Shown here: one piece after another, positions 1-10,416 of the stretch | Numbering within the stretch: position 1 is the first letter of the stretch | How the letters are laid out: every line of letters starts with the position of its first letter | IMG/VR virus record: IMGVR_UViG_2660238201_000001 | Span: 3,579 to 67,578 of that record | Source of the DNA: a virus | Lineage: Duplodnaviria; Heunggongvirae; Uroviricota; Caudoviricetes | Direction: 5' to 3' (one strand) | DNA length: 64,000 bases | Program-made: the position numbers and the translations under genes | Notes under the pieces: generated by a model | What the model was told of the DNA's origin: nothing | The model's database searches: none | Seen by the model: only the letters and a program-made list of their open reading frames with translations

Positions 1-1162
1 GCGGGGACGCTCCCGATAGATTTTCGCGGTGGCCCTTTCACTCATTCGACCGCAGGGATGTTACGGGGGATAAAATCAGGACTTGAATAAATACGGGAAA
101 GGGAGCGATCCCCCTCCATCCCCTCTGTCTTATATCTGTGCTCTTTCCTGACTCGAATAACCTCTCTTATGGGGACTCGTATCTCTCTTATTAGCGCTCT
201 ATACGGTGACCATTCGTATGGGAGAAAAGGCAACTTTCTTCTCTCTGCCGGTAAGTGGTTTTGCAGATGTTGTAGAGGTGGTTGTCTTGTGGTTTTCCTC
301 TGGTCTGTATTCTTCGTTGTGGGGATAGTTCTTCTCTGTGTATGGAGTAATGGCGTGTGCGCTTTTCCTTTCGTTTACCTTGAGAGGTGGAAGTGTGGGT
401 GATGTGGTTTCTGGTCTGTTGTCGTTCTCCGCATGTGAAGTAATGGCGTTCCCTGCTTATCAGGAATTTGCGTTATCTTTCGGGGTAAGAGTGGGTAAAC
501 GAGATGGCGCCGGGGACTGTTCTGGCCTGGTCTTGTCTGGAGTTTCTTCCCGGGTATTCTCTTCCGTGTATTGGGGAATGGCGTTCAGAGAAATTGCCTT
601 TCTCTCGCCGCTTTTTGGTGGTGGTCGAGGTTTGCTTCATGGGGTCGGTAGCCTGGGGCAATGAGGTTGGTCTTTTCGGTAGCCTGGCAGGAAGAGGTGG
701 GTATTGCCTGGGTGTGGGGTAATGGCAGTTCCTTTTCTTCGTTATCTTGTTTTGTTGTTTTCTTATTGCCTAAAACAATTTGTTTATATCCTCATTAAAC
801 GCAACGAGAGCCATTCTGAGCGTGTCTGTTTTGTTGTTGTATCAGGAGTCGTTTTTGGCGTTTTCGTCGCAGGGTGTTGGTCTCTGGTACGCTTCTTAAC
901 GGATATAAGAAGTGGCATGGCAAAACGTCAACTTTCGAGACCAAATCAGGGTAAAGCGTTGACTTTTCATTGATGTGTTATTTATTTGTTTTCTTGTGGG
1001 TGTTATGTGCGTAAAAGCCTTGCCGCGCCTGGAGTGTATGAGGTTGGAGGGTAGGGAAGAAGGGCGATCAACGAGTTCTTATAGAAATTAGCATTTTTGA
1101 TGAAAAAAATAGCCACAATGTCAATATAGTTATCACCCACTCCGTTTATAGAGACTGCAACT

Positions 1163-1462
1163 ATGACTACCGTTTGGACCTGGCGAGGTTACTTCTTTGG
1201 TTACATCAGCCACAATAATCTTTATACCTACAGTGGTAGGCATGTTGGTCAATTGATAGATAATGACATCTATGGCAGTGATGGGCGTTATCTAGGTGAA
1301 TTGATGGATCAAAACCGCTTAATAACCTGTCTTCAAAAGAGAAATTATCGGGTCGCCGGATTTAGCCCACTAAACTCTGGCGCCATTGCCCGACATGTAA
1401 ATTACGTTGGCAGCGTCATGTATGCTGGTTATCAAGACTTCCCTTCACCGGAATCATTCTAA
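1163..1462 (+). CDS. hypothetical protein (99 aa)
   Basis: Rare plus-strand ORF with non-repetitive composition. It ends at a convergent hairpin at 1472-1497. Confidence 0.35.
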   Translation: MTTVWTWRGYFFGYISHNNLYTYSGRHVGQLIDNDIYGSDGRYLGELMDQNRLITCLQKRNYRVAGFSPLNSGAIARHVNYVGSVMYAGYQDFPSPESF

Positions 1463-1471
1463 TATCAAACT

Positions 1472-1497
1472 TGGTGCCTCCACTATTAGGAGGCACT
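1472..1497. terminator. bidirectional hairpin between convergent genes
   Basis: ggtgcctcc-actatta-ggaggcac is an 8-bp stem lying between the plus gene ending at 1462 and the minus gene ending at 1501. Confidence 0.4.
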
Positions 1498-1500
1498 AAG

Positions 1501-1818
1501 TCACCAGTCCCAGGCTGGCATTCCATCCACCAGCTCGGCATCACGATCAAAGTGAACCACGTCGTAACCGGCATCCAGTATCATCTTGATATTGGCGATC
1601 GCCGCTTCGGAGATGTTGAATGTACGCATTTCATCTGCCCAGCTATTGTCACGCATTCCGGCACGAACAATCCAACCATATTCTGTGCCGTGTACCCAGT
1701 TAAGACCGCGATCGGTGATTGGGTCAAAACAGGCAATTGGCAACTGTTCGGAGTCTTCCGCGGTAACGTGTGCGGTGCTGATAACAGCTGTCTTGTAGGC
1801 TTCAGTGATTTTCAACAT
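1501..1818 (-). CDS. hypothetical phage protein (105 aa)
   Basis: Protein-like composition. It has an aagtaATG start preceded by the class-2 upstream motif at 1843-1905. The overlapping plus ORF 1471..1881 is judged spurious. Confidence 0.45.
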   Translation of the reverse strand: MLKITEAYKTAVISTAHVTAEDSEQLPIACFDPITDRGLNWVHGTEYGWIVRAGMRDNSWADEMRTFNISEAAIANIKMILDAGYDVVHFDRDAELVDGMPAWDW

Positions 1819-2016
1819 TACTTAACTCTTTTAACTAATTGTTTCCTTGTGTTAGTTATTATCAGCGATGAGAAAAGGTAGAAAACATTTTGTTTGAGGC
1901 AGTGCGACTGCCTCGATACTGTTATGGCGATAATCAGGCGCATAATGCCAAAGCTAAGTTCAGATGTCCGGAGCAAGGCAAAGCTGAAATGTCCGCTTCG
2001 TGCCAAATGCTGACGC

Positions 2017-2445
2017 TCAGGAATTGAGTTTCAGGTACTTTAAAAGCGAGGCTAGCGACTCGACAGGTCCAGCGTGACAACTAGGTGAGCGGGTTTCATC
2101 CCAGGGCATTGCATCATCAGTGCAGAAGTCTCCTGCACATTCCATTTCAAGACGTTCGTCAATTAAACCAACAGGAACCCAGACATAAGGTACGTCTCGC
2201 AGACTGTTAGGCACAGTTGAGCCACATACATTGCAAAAATCTGTACGGTACCCCGTTGGCTTAGACCATGAAGCAATGCAGTTTTCCCCTTTAATCCAGC
2301 GAAACTCACTGTCTTTGACTAGTGTGGCGAGATTGTAACCCACACCGCTCTGCTTTCTGCAAAGCGAGCAATGACAACGATAAAACACTGCTGGTTTATG
2401 AGTAAGTTCAAATTCAATTGTTCCACACAAACAAGATCCATTCAT
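2017..2445 (-). CDS. GFA/CENP-V family Cys-rich zinc protein
   Basis: The N-terminal CLCG..C.C..C and later CNVCGS cysteine pattern are typical of the glutathione-dependent formaldehyde-activating (GFA) fold. Confidence 0.5.
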   Translation of the reverse strand: MNGSCLCGTIEFELTHKPAVFYRCHCSLCRKQSGVGYNLATLVKDSEFRWIKGENCIASWSKPTGYRTDFCNVCGSTVPNSLRDVPYVWVPVGLIDERLEMECAGDFCTDDAMPWDETRSPSCHAGPVESLASLLKYLKLNS

Positions 2446-2625
2446 TTCAAAACCATTCCTGCAAGGTCTAAGAGATTTTATGAAACATTACCATCTTTTT
2501 TGTACTGAATAGGAGCGCTCTTTTTGGCAACTCAAAATCAGCTATCAGTCGGTCTGAATATCCGCTCTTCGCTCAAAGCGGACATTTCAACTTTGCTGTT
2601 GCACATAGTCTGTCCCAAGCAGTGA

Positions 2626-2898
2626 CTACGTTAAATTGAAGTCATCGAAATCGACGAACTCCATGTGTCTGGCTTCCACCTTTGCAAGAGTGAGCAGAAA
2701 CAACATCCCCTCTCTTAGAGAAGTTGGTTCTTCGAGCAGGAACTCAAAACCGTCCACATGTGTCTTGCCCAACCAATAGCCGCCACCATACTGTCTCTCT
2801 CGCTGGAAAAAGACGCACTGGCCAGGTTTGAAATGTTTAAGTGTCTCGCCTCTGTAGACGATCTGATAACTGGTGTCTTTTCCGCCCATTTTGATCAC
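2626..2898 (-). CDS. hypothetical protein (90 aa)
   Basis: ORF preceded at 2960-3010 by a hairpin plus a class-2 motif. Confidence 0.4.
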   Translation of the reverse strand: MIKMGGKDTSYQIVYRGETLKHFKPGQCVFFQRERQYGGGYWLGKTHVDGFEFLLEEPTSLREGMLFLLTLAKVEARHMEFVDFDDFNLT

Positions 2899-3019
2899 CC
2901 CAAATACTGTACATTTAAACAGTAGTTCTTTGATGAAATGCGGTCAAGTTTGACGGTGGTGGTAATAACTTATTGGTGAAAACAAATTATTTAAGGCCAT
3001 AATAATGGCCTTATCACTG

Positions 3020-3277
3020 TTAACCTTTCAAGAAAACAGCTGCCGATGGATACTCATAAAGTACTCGTGTGAGCTCCCCTTTGGATTTTGCATTCTCGAA
3101 GGCTTTCTCAGAGCATTGCACCCAAGTATTGCCGCCGACATTGACTTCGATGATCTTACCAGGCACGTTGTCCATTGCGGCCAACAATACAGTGGCCATT
3201 CGATGTGCGAGGTGGCTCTTTCCGTATGTGGTAATCACTTCGTTAAGCTCATTTCTGGTTATGGTTGATTTGGTCAT
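3020..3277 (-). CDS. hypothetical protein (85 aa)
   Basis: Its start overlaps the stop of the upstream gene by 4 nt, giving an operon-like arrangement. Confidence 0.35.
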   Translation of the reverse strand: MTKSTITRNELNEVITTYGKSHLAHRMATVLLAAMDNVPGKIIEVNVGGNTWVQCSEKAFENAKSKGELTRVLYEYPSAAVFLKG

Positions 3278-3651
3278 ACATCCCCCTCAACGACTGTGAT
3301 GCCCAGTGACTCCAGAAGAGAGATAACCTGGCGCTTTGAGTATGCCGGATAGCTGTGGTCAGCGTAAGTACACGATGGTAGCGGAAGCTTCACGGTGCCG
3401 CCCCCCAGCTCGGCGATGCGATTAGCCTGCCAGTCAACGAATTCTACAAGTCCGACACCTTTTTCTCGCAAACCGTAGTCATCCCTAAGCATGTCGTATA
3501 CATCTGATTTGGTCTTCGCCTTCTCCAGCGCCTCTACCAGAGTGATGATGTCACGAGTCTGGACAAGCATATTTGGGTGGAAATTATCTGCGGCATTCTT
3601 TGCTGCCGCGCGCATACGCAGCGCAAGTTCGTTGATATTCATGCTACGCAC
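3274..3651 (-). CDS. hypothetical protein (125 aa)
   Basis: ORF in a tight minus-strand array. Confidence 0.4.
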   Translation of the reverse strand: MRSMNINELALRMRAAAKNAADNFHPNMLVQTRDIITLVEALEKAKTKSDVYDMLRDDYGLREKGVGLVEFVDWQANRIAELGGGTVKLPLPSCTYADHSYPAYSKRQVISLLESLGITVVEGDV

Positions 3652-4196
3652 CCCATTTCCATCAACCCTGTACGAACGGCATTCAGGATGCGATCGAGGT
3701 ATTGATAATTCGGGTTAGGCACAGAAGGCCATCGTGCGTAACATGGGTCGTCGCCAAAAAGCTCCAAAAGCTCATTACCAATGCCGTAGTCGCAGCAACA
3801 TGCCTTAACGTCATCAGCATTTTCGGCTTCATTCCACATTTCGCGAGCTTTCTCAGCATCAAGTTCCCGTTCGCGACGAAGCTTAATGATATGTGCCTTA
3901 ACGAACGCTAGATTTGCTTCGTTATCGTCGTCAACCGAGCTTTCAAGTTGAGGATCTAAGCAACCAATCAGATAGTCATTGCTAACGCGCTTAATAAAGG
4001 CCTGAACAGAATCACCACCCATGGCGAACCAGGCAGCTGTCCATGCCTTGCCGAAGCAGGTGATTGTGATACGGCCCTTTCCGGGCTCGTAGTTTTCAAT
4101 CATCACCCTGATTGGGTCGAGGCGATCGACGTCGGTAATAGTGAAAGCCATAACGTCCATTCGTTCTACTTTCATGCGCTCTCCCATGCGCCCCAA
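3639..4196 (-). CDS. hypothetical protein (185 aa)
   Basis: ORF translationally coupled to the neighbouring genes. Confidence 0.4.
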   Translation of the reverse strand: MGRMGERMKVERMDVMAFTITDVDRLDPIRVMIENYEPGKGRITITCFGKAWTAAWFAMGGDSVQAFIKRVSNDYLIGCLDPQLESSVDDDNEANLAFVKAHIIKLRRERELDAEKAREMWNEAENADDVKACCCDYGIGNELLELFGDDPCYARWPSVPNPNYQYLDRILNAVRTGLMEMGCVA

Positions 4197-4825
4197 ATCA
4201 GCGCCTTGTGCTTTTCAAAACGTTTCATGTGTACTGGCTGAAGACTGGCTATACCTTCCACTACCACATCACGAGCTTTAATCAGTAATGCATGCTCGAT
4301 ACCTTTTTTCTCCAGAAGGTCAACGACACGCTCGTCGGCGCCAATTTCCTTATTCTCAAATAGGACCTTGAGCATTAACTCTTTTTCAGCGAGATAGATA
4401 GCCGAAAACTCAGGATCGCGGTCGACGATAGACGACGTGTTATCCAGCAGATCAGCCAGCTTTATCATGCGTGTCTGCATATCAAGGCTTTGTGACAGCT
4501 CCAGAACGTTAATAACGAAACGTTGCACCCGATTTCCGTCTTCTGGTTTGGCTATATTGGTGAGGGCCAGCACCATTTCAGCGACACGCTCACCGAAGTG
4601 TTCCCGAACCATCTCAATGGTTACATGGGTATCTTCCACTACGTCATGCAGTAATGCTGCAATCTGCATCTCAACAGTACCGCCATACCAGGCAACTATT
4701 GATCGGACTGAGTCTGGATGGTGGATGTAATCCTCACCTGTATATTTCCGTTTCTGACCAACACCGCCATGAGCGCCGGCAGCAAACATGAAAGCTTTAG
4801 ATACACTCGACATTCTTATCTCCAT
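4172..4825 (-). CDS. HD-domain (p)ppGpp pyrophosphohydrolase, SpoT/Mesh1-like
   Basis: The motifs HHPDSVRS, VAWYGG and LLHDVVEDT match the RelA/SpoT HD hydrolase signature (H..HD..ED). Confidence 0.6.
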   Translation of the reverse strand: MEIRMSSVSKAFMFAAGAHGGVGQKRKYTGEDYIHHPDSVRSIVAWYGGTVEMQIAALLHDVVEDTHVTIEMVREHFGERVAEMVLALTNIAKPEDGNRVQRFVINVLELSQSLDMQTRMIKLADLLDNTSSIVDRDPEFSAIYLAEKELMLKVLFENKEIGADERVVDLLEKKGIEHALLIKARDVVVEGIASLQPVHMKRFEKHKALIWGAWESA

Positions 4826-4928
4826 TGTTTACTTAACTTATTTATTTTCACAGATAAGAAAAGGCAGAAAACAAGTTGTTTAAGGCTATTGATATAGCCT
4901 TAAATTGGTGAAACCAGTTACGACCTCA

Positions 4929-5657
4929 TCATGATGCGGTGGCGTGTAGGTTTTGCCGCTGCAGTGTCTTGACCTGTTCTTCAAGCTCACGCACATACTC
5001 AACGAGAGATCCGCCTGGCGGTATTTGGCACTCTTCCATGAGTTGAAAGTAAACGTCGGCTGCCGCGCGAATGTTTGAGCCTTTGGTTAGCTGATCACTG
5101 AGCAGTTCGTCGCGCTCTTTCATAAGCCGCACGCATTCTCCATTGCGTTGGTCGACTACAGCCTCCAGCTCTGCGATGCGATCGCCTGGCGTTTTGCACC
5201 CCTTACGTTGAGTCGTAACAGTGAAATATCCAAGTTCAGGAACGTCGTAGCTCAATTCCAGATAGTTTTTTGCACCGTGTCGAACAAATTCGCCGGCTAA
5301 CATGGTGGCGAACATGGCAGAGGCCAGCTCTCCGTTAAACAAAGACTCCAGATCTACAGGAGTGCCAGCAGCAAGAGCGGCACGCGCAGCCTCTATGACA
5401 TTCATAAACTCATCATAATGTCTGGCGCGTTTCTCCAGCTCTGCCCACTGCTGACTAGTTCGACGCACCAGGTACTCAATAAAAATCAGCGCTGATTCGT
5501 CGGCGTCGCCTTCAAATGAGACCTTACCCTTATCGACAATAATCGTGCCCACAGCGGTTTGGTTGTTGCCCTTAAGGCAAAGTCTGAAAGGCGTGTCCGT
5601 GCTCATCGGTAATACAGCCTGTATATCCATAGAAGTGTCTTTATTCCTGCTTTCCAT
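4929..5657 (-). CDS. hypothetical protein (242 aa)
   Basis: ORF with a palindromic motif copy upstream at 5697-5726. Confidence 0.45.
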   Translation of the reverse strand: MESRNKDTSMDIQAVLPMSTDTPFRLCLKGNNQTAVGTIIVDKGKVSFEGDADESALIFIEYLVRRTSQQWAELEKRARHYDEFMNVIEAARAALAAGTPVDLESLFNGELASAMFATMLAGEFVRHGAKNYLELSYDVPELGYFTVTTQRKGCKTPGDRIAELEAVVDQRNGECVRLMKERDELLSDQLTKGSNIRAAADVYFQLMEECQIPPGGSLVEYVRELEEQVKTLQRQNLHATAS

Positions 5658-5718
5658 GTGTTTTTCCCTCTAAGTAGCGCGTCATTATTCCTACATAAAA
5701 TAAGTATGTAGTTACCTA

Positions 5719-7404
5719 TTATTTTGTGCGTTTGAAGACATACACGCTGACAGTTATCCCCGTGTCATCAAACTCGCCTGTGAACGACTTACCTTTGGCG
5801 TAGACGAAATTATCCAGCATCATCCAGTTCAGTGTTGGTGAGTCCCCCGGCAAAACAGCAACAAGGCGCCCACCGACTTTCAGATGTCCCAGCCCAGCCA
5901 GCGTGTGTTCTTTGTGGCGCCCGAGAGAGTAGGGTGGATTCATGACTATCTTGTCGAAGAGGTATCCTTCATTGTCAGCAGACCACTTCATGAAGTCACA
6001 GCAGACTGTGTTCACGTAGCCTTTTCCAAGAAGGATGTCAGCAAATAGCGGCGCAACCTCAATACAGGTCACGTCCTCAGGATTCGCCTCAATAAACGTA
6101 AGCAGATCTCCGCGACCAGCTTCCGGCTCCAGCAATGTTTCGCCAGATTTCAAGTCAACGACCTTGGCCACGTATTCCGCGATTACGCGAGGGGTAGGGT
6201 AGAACTGATGTGATTTTGCATCCGGGATCAAACCTGTCGCCACAATCGTATTGAGTGTTTGACCGATCTCATACGGGAACTGCCAGTGCTTTTTATCCTG
6301 TACGCCGCCAATGAAGCTCAATGTGCGCTCCAATTCTTCAACCTGCGACTTCTGGAGACTGGAATCAGAGAAGTACCAAACCCCCTTGTCTTTGCTGAAT
6401 CGCCCGTCACGTAAAGTGGATCGAACGGGCTCAGAGATGGTCTTTTGAATGAGGCCAAACTCCTTAGGAGCTCTGGTTTTTGGGGCTGTTCGGCAGGGGG
6501 CTGGTATAGCGGCCGGCATACTGTACGCCAGCACCTCATTAAGCTTCCAGGCAACATCTGGGTGGATCTCAAAATGCACATTACCGTTCTTGAACATTTT
6601 CACGCGCATGAGGTTACCATCCACGTTGATCCAATCACCCGTCTGGCAATCATTTGCCCGGTACGCAGCCGATAGCATCTCTGTTGTGCGGTTAATGGTG
6701 ATGAACTCCTTATGCGCAAAGAAATGCAGCATTACGCGCAGGTCATCGATGTAATCCTCTTTCCGATAGTTCACGCTGACACTATCCCGCCAGAACTCTG
6801 AAATGCAGCTGGCGATGATCAGCCGCTCGCTAAAGCCGTTCGTTTTATTGGTCTTGTGCGCAGGGCTCAGCGCCTTAAACAAACCGTACACGCGCTCAGA
6901 GAGATATTTATGCCTGTCATTCAGCAGATTGACCATCGTGGGGATGACCGTCTCTGCTTTGAACTCAGGTACGCCAACGAACTCCTTAACCTTCATCTGG
7001 TAGCCGGTTCTGTCAGTCTTGATGGTTTCCTGCTTGCCTTCTATGAACTGTTCGCGCCATTCATCTCGGCGGGAAGCTGGCATGATCAGCAGAACGTTTG
7101 TCATATCCGTGACCTTCTTCCAGTATTCGGCCCAGATATTCTGCTTCACCCACTCAAGATCGACCTTATCCAGCCAGGATCTGTTGAAACGAGTGCGTTC
7201 GTCATCCGGCCGGTGGTTGAGTCGAAGCAGGCGGTTAATCATATTGTGACGCTCATCGCCATAAACGAAGTCGTGAACCTGGTGCATGAACGCAATCTCT
7301 TTCTCGCACTCGGCCACGATGTCATGGATGACGTTCATCTCTTTGCTGTGGTCGATACCGGTGTTCGAAGCAAAAGACTCAAGGACAGAAAGCGCTGTAC
7401 TCAT
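5719..7404 (-). CDS. DNA adenine methyltransferase (gamma-class, NPPY) with ~350 aa N-terminal domain of unknown function
   Basis: The C-terminal third has motif I LLEPEAGRGDLL followed by motif IV MNPPYS in gamma-class order. A class-2 motif lies upstream at 7417-7465. Confidence 0.65.
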   Translation of the reverse strand: MSTALSVLESFASNTGIDHSKEMNVIHDIVAECEKEIAFMHQVHDFVYGDERHNMINRLLRLNHRPDDERTRFNRSWLDKVDLEWVKQNIWAEYWKKVTDMTNVLLIMPASRRDEWREQFIEGKQETIKTDRTGYQMKVKEFVGVPEFKAETVIPTMVNLLNDRHKYLSERVYGLFKALSPAHKTNKTNGFSERLIIASCISEFWRDSVSVNYRKEDYIDDLRVMLHFFAHKEFITINRTTEMLSAAYRANDCQTGDWINVDGNLMRVKMFKNGNVHFEIHPDVAWKLNEVLAYSMPAAIPAPCRTAPKTRAPKEFGLIQKTISEPVRSTLRDGRFSKDKGVWYFSDSSLQKSQVEELERTLSFIGGVQDKKHWQFPYEIGQTLNTIVATGLIPDAKSHQFYPTPRVIAEYVAKVVDLKSGETLLEPEAGRGDLLTFIEANPEDVTCIEVAPLFADILLGKGYVNTVCCDFMKWSADNEGYLFDKIVMNPPYSLGRHKEHTLAGLGHLKVGGRLVAVLPGDSPTLNWMMLDNFVYAKGKSFTGEFDDTGITVSVYVFKRTK

Positions 7405-7532
7405 AATTTCACCATATAAACAATTTGTTTTCTTGTTGGTTTTATTATCTCAGACAAGAAAAGGCGTAAAAGATCTATACAGAGGGCTACGGAGGAGGGG
7501 AAGGGGGCTCTCGCCCCCTTGCTATTTCAGGT

Positions 7533-8111
7533 TCAGTGGCTGACTTGCTGCATCTTGTGCGGCTGGTCATTTAGATCGTGGCGATGGGCAAGTTCTCGCA
7601 TCATGTCTTCGATACGGCTCTTCGCTTCATCCATATTATCCGCCATCGCACCAAGCAGCTGGCGAATAGCAGCGGGATGTTCATCGCCGGTTAGCTCTGG
7701 CATTTTGAACCCGTTATGGGTTGCCATTAGTTTAAAGGCGGTAATTAACATGCCTAAAGAAGACTTAAGGCTGGCGATCTCCCGCTCTTTGCTTTCAATG
7801 CCGATATTGTCTCCGGAGAGATCTGGCGCCGGCGCGCATTTTGGTTCGCTCATCATGTCCAGAGTTGCCTGCAGTTTATTGGCACGTTCATGCTCTTCCA
7901 CATACGCCCCGCCAAAGTGACGAGCAAGCATCAGGATTTTCATTGGTTCGTCAAATAAGTCCATGACCTGGACGATGGCCATGATGCGTTCCAGCGGATG
8001 AGCGTCACCATGACCAGTTATAGAATCAAGCATCCCTACGAGTTTTTTAGCCCCGACTTCATTAATGATCTTCTTTACTTCAGCGTTAGCGGCGGTGCAT
8101 TTATCACACAT
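7533..8111 (-). CDS. hypothetical protein (192 aa)
   Basis: ORF with a class-2 motif upstream at 8128-8170. Confidence 0.45.
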   Translation of the reverse strand: MCDKCTAANAEVKKIINEVGAKKLVGMLDSITGHGDAHPLERIMAIVQVMDLFDEPMKILMLARHFGGAYVEEHERANKLQATLDMMSEPKCAPAPDLSGDNIGIESKEREIASLKSSLGMLITAFKLMATHNGFKMPELTGDEHPAAIRQLLGAMADNMDEAKSRIEDMMRELAHRHDLNDQPHKMQQVSH

Positions 8112-8393
8112 GTGTTTTTCCTTACTTGTTAAAATAATTTGTTTTCTTGGTGGCTTTATTCTGACAATTCAGAAGAGGGGGGCAAACGCGTCATAACGGT
8201 TAAACCAGAAGAATCGAGGGCCAGGTGGCCCTCGGCGATCACTTCGATTTTTTAAGTAGAGGTTGGGCAAAGTAGGTAGCCAATCCAACCAACACGCCAT
8301 CTGCCGCGATAGACATCAGTTTGCCAGTGAAGTCCACCAGCACGACCAGCACGAGAAGAATGGCGACGACGGCCAGCCTTAATTTCTCTGCCA

Positions 8394-8852
8394 TTAGATG
8401 TACGCATCCAGAGATAACTGCAGCGCCTGAGCAATTTTCTTCAGCACAACCTCTTCTTCTTCGCCGATGCCATCCTGATCGGCAATATCCAGGCAGAGAC
8501 ACAACACATCAACGGCTTCTGGAGTGCCGGCGACATCAGCCAGCTCCCGAAGAGCCTGTGCGTTGGCGGAACGAGGAGAAGCTTCATAGCGAGCACGAAT
8601 ATTGCTGCTCATCTGGGCGATCTCACCCGCGAACGGTGAGAAAGCTGGCAATGCGGAGATGGTCTTCTCCAGAATAGCGATTTCTTTTGCATCACAGTTG
8701 CCGTCTGCATAAGCGATCATGTATGCGCCCCAGACAGTAGCTTCGACCGCATCGCGGTTCTCCATTTTTTTAACTTCAATAACCGCTTTACGAGTTTTCT
8801 TTTTGAAGAAACCTAACATGTGTTTTTCCCTATATGTTATGTGCTTAAACAA
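8394..8852 (-). CDS. TerB-like (tellurite-resistance TerB fold) protein
   Basis: The pattern DGNCDAKEIAILEKTISA ... VDVLCLCLDIADQDG resembles the TerB family. This is a weak family-level call. Confidence 0.4.
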   Translation of the reverse strand: MFKHITYREKHMLGFFKKKTRKAVIEVKKMENRDAVEATVWGAYMIAYADGNCDAKEIAILEKTISALPAFSPFAGEIAQMSSNIRARYEASPRSANAQALRELADVAGTPEAVDVLCLCLDIADQDGIGEEEEVVLKKIAQALQLSLDAYI

Positions 8853-9119
8853 ATTGTTTTCGTATAGAAATAAACATTAAGGCAGCAAAGAGAGCCTCCA
8901 AGGCTTCAACCCCTACGCCCATTAACAGAACCCGAGAACAGAGCCGATCGGTGGGACAAAAATCCCCACAACACGAGCGATCGTCATACCTGAGTGAAGA
9001 AATAAATCACCGTGTAGTGCCAGCTTAACGATGTTTGAGATCCAGCCACCCACCGCCAAAAGCAGAATGGCTATCCAAATGAATGACCAGTTTTTGAGTA
9101 AGAAGATCACGCCATCACC

Positions 9120-9674
9120 TCAGTCGCAGCAGGAGGAAGATCCGGAGTCGCAGGACAAACTTGAGGAATCGAATCCAACCGCATCCCATCCAGAGTGGCA
9201 GACCGGGGCATGGTGGTGATGCTGGGTGTGCTTTCCGTGATTGGTGCCGGCGTCTGCTGCGAAACCGTTTTGCATGAGTCCGGCATCAGCAACGCCTGAG
9301 TCGACGGTATTGCTACGGCTGCCAGACAAATCGTGATCAGCCCGTAGGCCATTGGAAGTAGTCTTTTTCGTTGAAATTGATCCATCTGAGCTCTCCATGC
9401 GCGTTTGATAGGCTCGCACGCCCCAGGTGTCTCGCAGGATTTTTGCGGTTCGGGTCTTCATCACTTCCCCCATTGCCACACGAGCCCCCAGGTTAGAGAT
9501 GGCCACCGCATGGTCATCCAGACGATGCTCCATTTGACCTACTTTCTCTTCCAGTTCGGACAGGCGTGCAGACACACGGCCGGAGAATAACTCCGCCAGG
9601 ATGAGTCGTAGCGAACGGGGGTGTTTCTTAAGAGAAGAGGAAGGCGTTTGATGTGCCATTTGAAATCCTTTCAA
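9120..9674 (-). CDS. hypothetical protein with His/Cys-rich C-terminus (184 aa)
   Basis: Longest ORF downstream of the motif copy at 9786-9812. The alternative frame 9107..9385 is rejected. Confidence 0.3.
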   Translation of the reverse strand: MKGFQMAHQTPSSSLKKHPRSLRLILAELFSGRVSARLSELEEKVGQMEHRLDDHAVAISNLGARVAMGEVMKTRTAKILRDTWGVRAYQTRMESSDGSISTKKTTSNGLRADHDLSGSRSNTVDSGVADAGLMQNGFAADAGTNHGKHTQHHHHAPVCHSGWDAVGFDSSSLSCDSGSSSCCD

Positions 9675-9816
9675 TGTCAGAAAGAGTTGCGGCTGGAATG
9701 TCCAGCCGCCGTTTTTTGCGTTCCATCCTTGGAACCGTGCCTAACCAGCACGTTGTCATCCTGACGATGGGTAAGATACATGATACAAAATGATAGGTAA
9801 ATACTTACTTATCATT

Positions 9817-10416
9817 TTATACCAAAAAACCAGCATCTTTTTTGTGTGGAGTATCCGCTGCCGCATATGCTGCGATCTTGGCCAGCCTGTCGCATATTTC
9901 GTTTTCTCGATGCCCGGCGTGGCCCTTTACCCAGTTCCACCTGACATTGTGGCGACTGGCGGCTAAATCGAGTCGTTTCCAGAGGTCGACATTCTTAACA
10001 GGCTTCTTGTCAGCAGTGATCCAACCATTTTGTTTCCACCCCTTCATCCAGAGGGTCATACCATTTTTGAGATACTGGCTATCTGAGTGCAGGATCACGT
10101 TGCAGGAGAATTTAAGGCGTTCCAAAGCTATCAGGGCGCCCATCATCTCCATGCGATTGTTTGTGGTGCTGTGGAAGCCGTCGGAAAACTCGCGTTCTTC
10201 GCCGCGGAACTGAAAGACGATGCCATATCCACCGGGCCCGCCTGGGTTTCTGAGACAAGAGCCATCACTGAAAACTTTGACCGTCTTAAACCGGGGATTA
10301 AATTCGACAACTGGCGTTTTGAAGTTTTTGCGGGGGTGTTTTTGATACTGGTGCTGCGCACGGCCGGCTGCCGTTTTTCGTCTGGCGTGTGTGCTTGTCG
10401 TCATCTCTAACTCCAA
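9817..10416 (-). CDS. rnhA: ribonuclease HI
   Basis: The motifs [21 protein letters not shown] and ILHSDSQYL match RNase HI catalytic motifs. The protein has a 44-aa basic N-terminal extension. Confidence 0.8.
   Translation of the reverse strand: MELEMTTSTHARRKTAAGRAQHQYQKHPRKNFKTPVVEFNPRFKTVKVFSDGSCLRNPGGPGGYGIVFQFRGEEREFSDGFHSTTNNRMEMMGALIALERLKFSCNVILHSDSQYLKNGMTLWMKGWKQNGWITADKKPVKNVDLWKRLDLAASRHNVRWNWVKGHAGHRENEICDRLAKIAAYAAADTPHKKDAGFLV

Noticed and set aside
169-973. Several overlapping plus-strand ORFs (77-108 aa) in the 5' GT-rich region
   Set aside because: They have low-complexity Gly/Val/Cys/Trp-rich translations, overlap one another in different frames and coincide with DNA-level repeats. 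This is more likely non-coding repeat DNA.
1471-1881. 136-aa plus-strand ORF overlapping the 105-aa minus-strand gene
   Set aside because: The minus-strand ORF has the conserved upstream motif and a canonical start. The plus ORF runs through the convergent terminator hairpin.
6318-7249. Multiple 66-101 aa ORFs on both strands inside the methyltransferase gene, and similar shadow ORFs inside nrdA, sbcC, dnaE, the FEN gene and others
   Set aside because: Each is fully contained within a long, well-supported CDS, so these are frame-shadow artefacts.
9107-9385. 92-aa alternative-frame ORF with a signal-peptide-like N-terminus
   Set aside because: It overlaps the longer 9120..9674 frame and both are weak. 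The longer frame was kept at low confidence.
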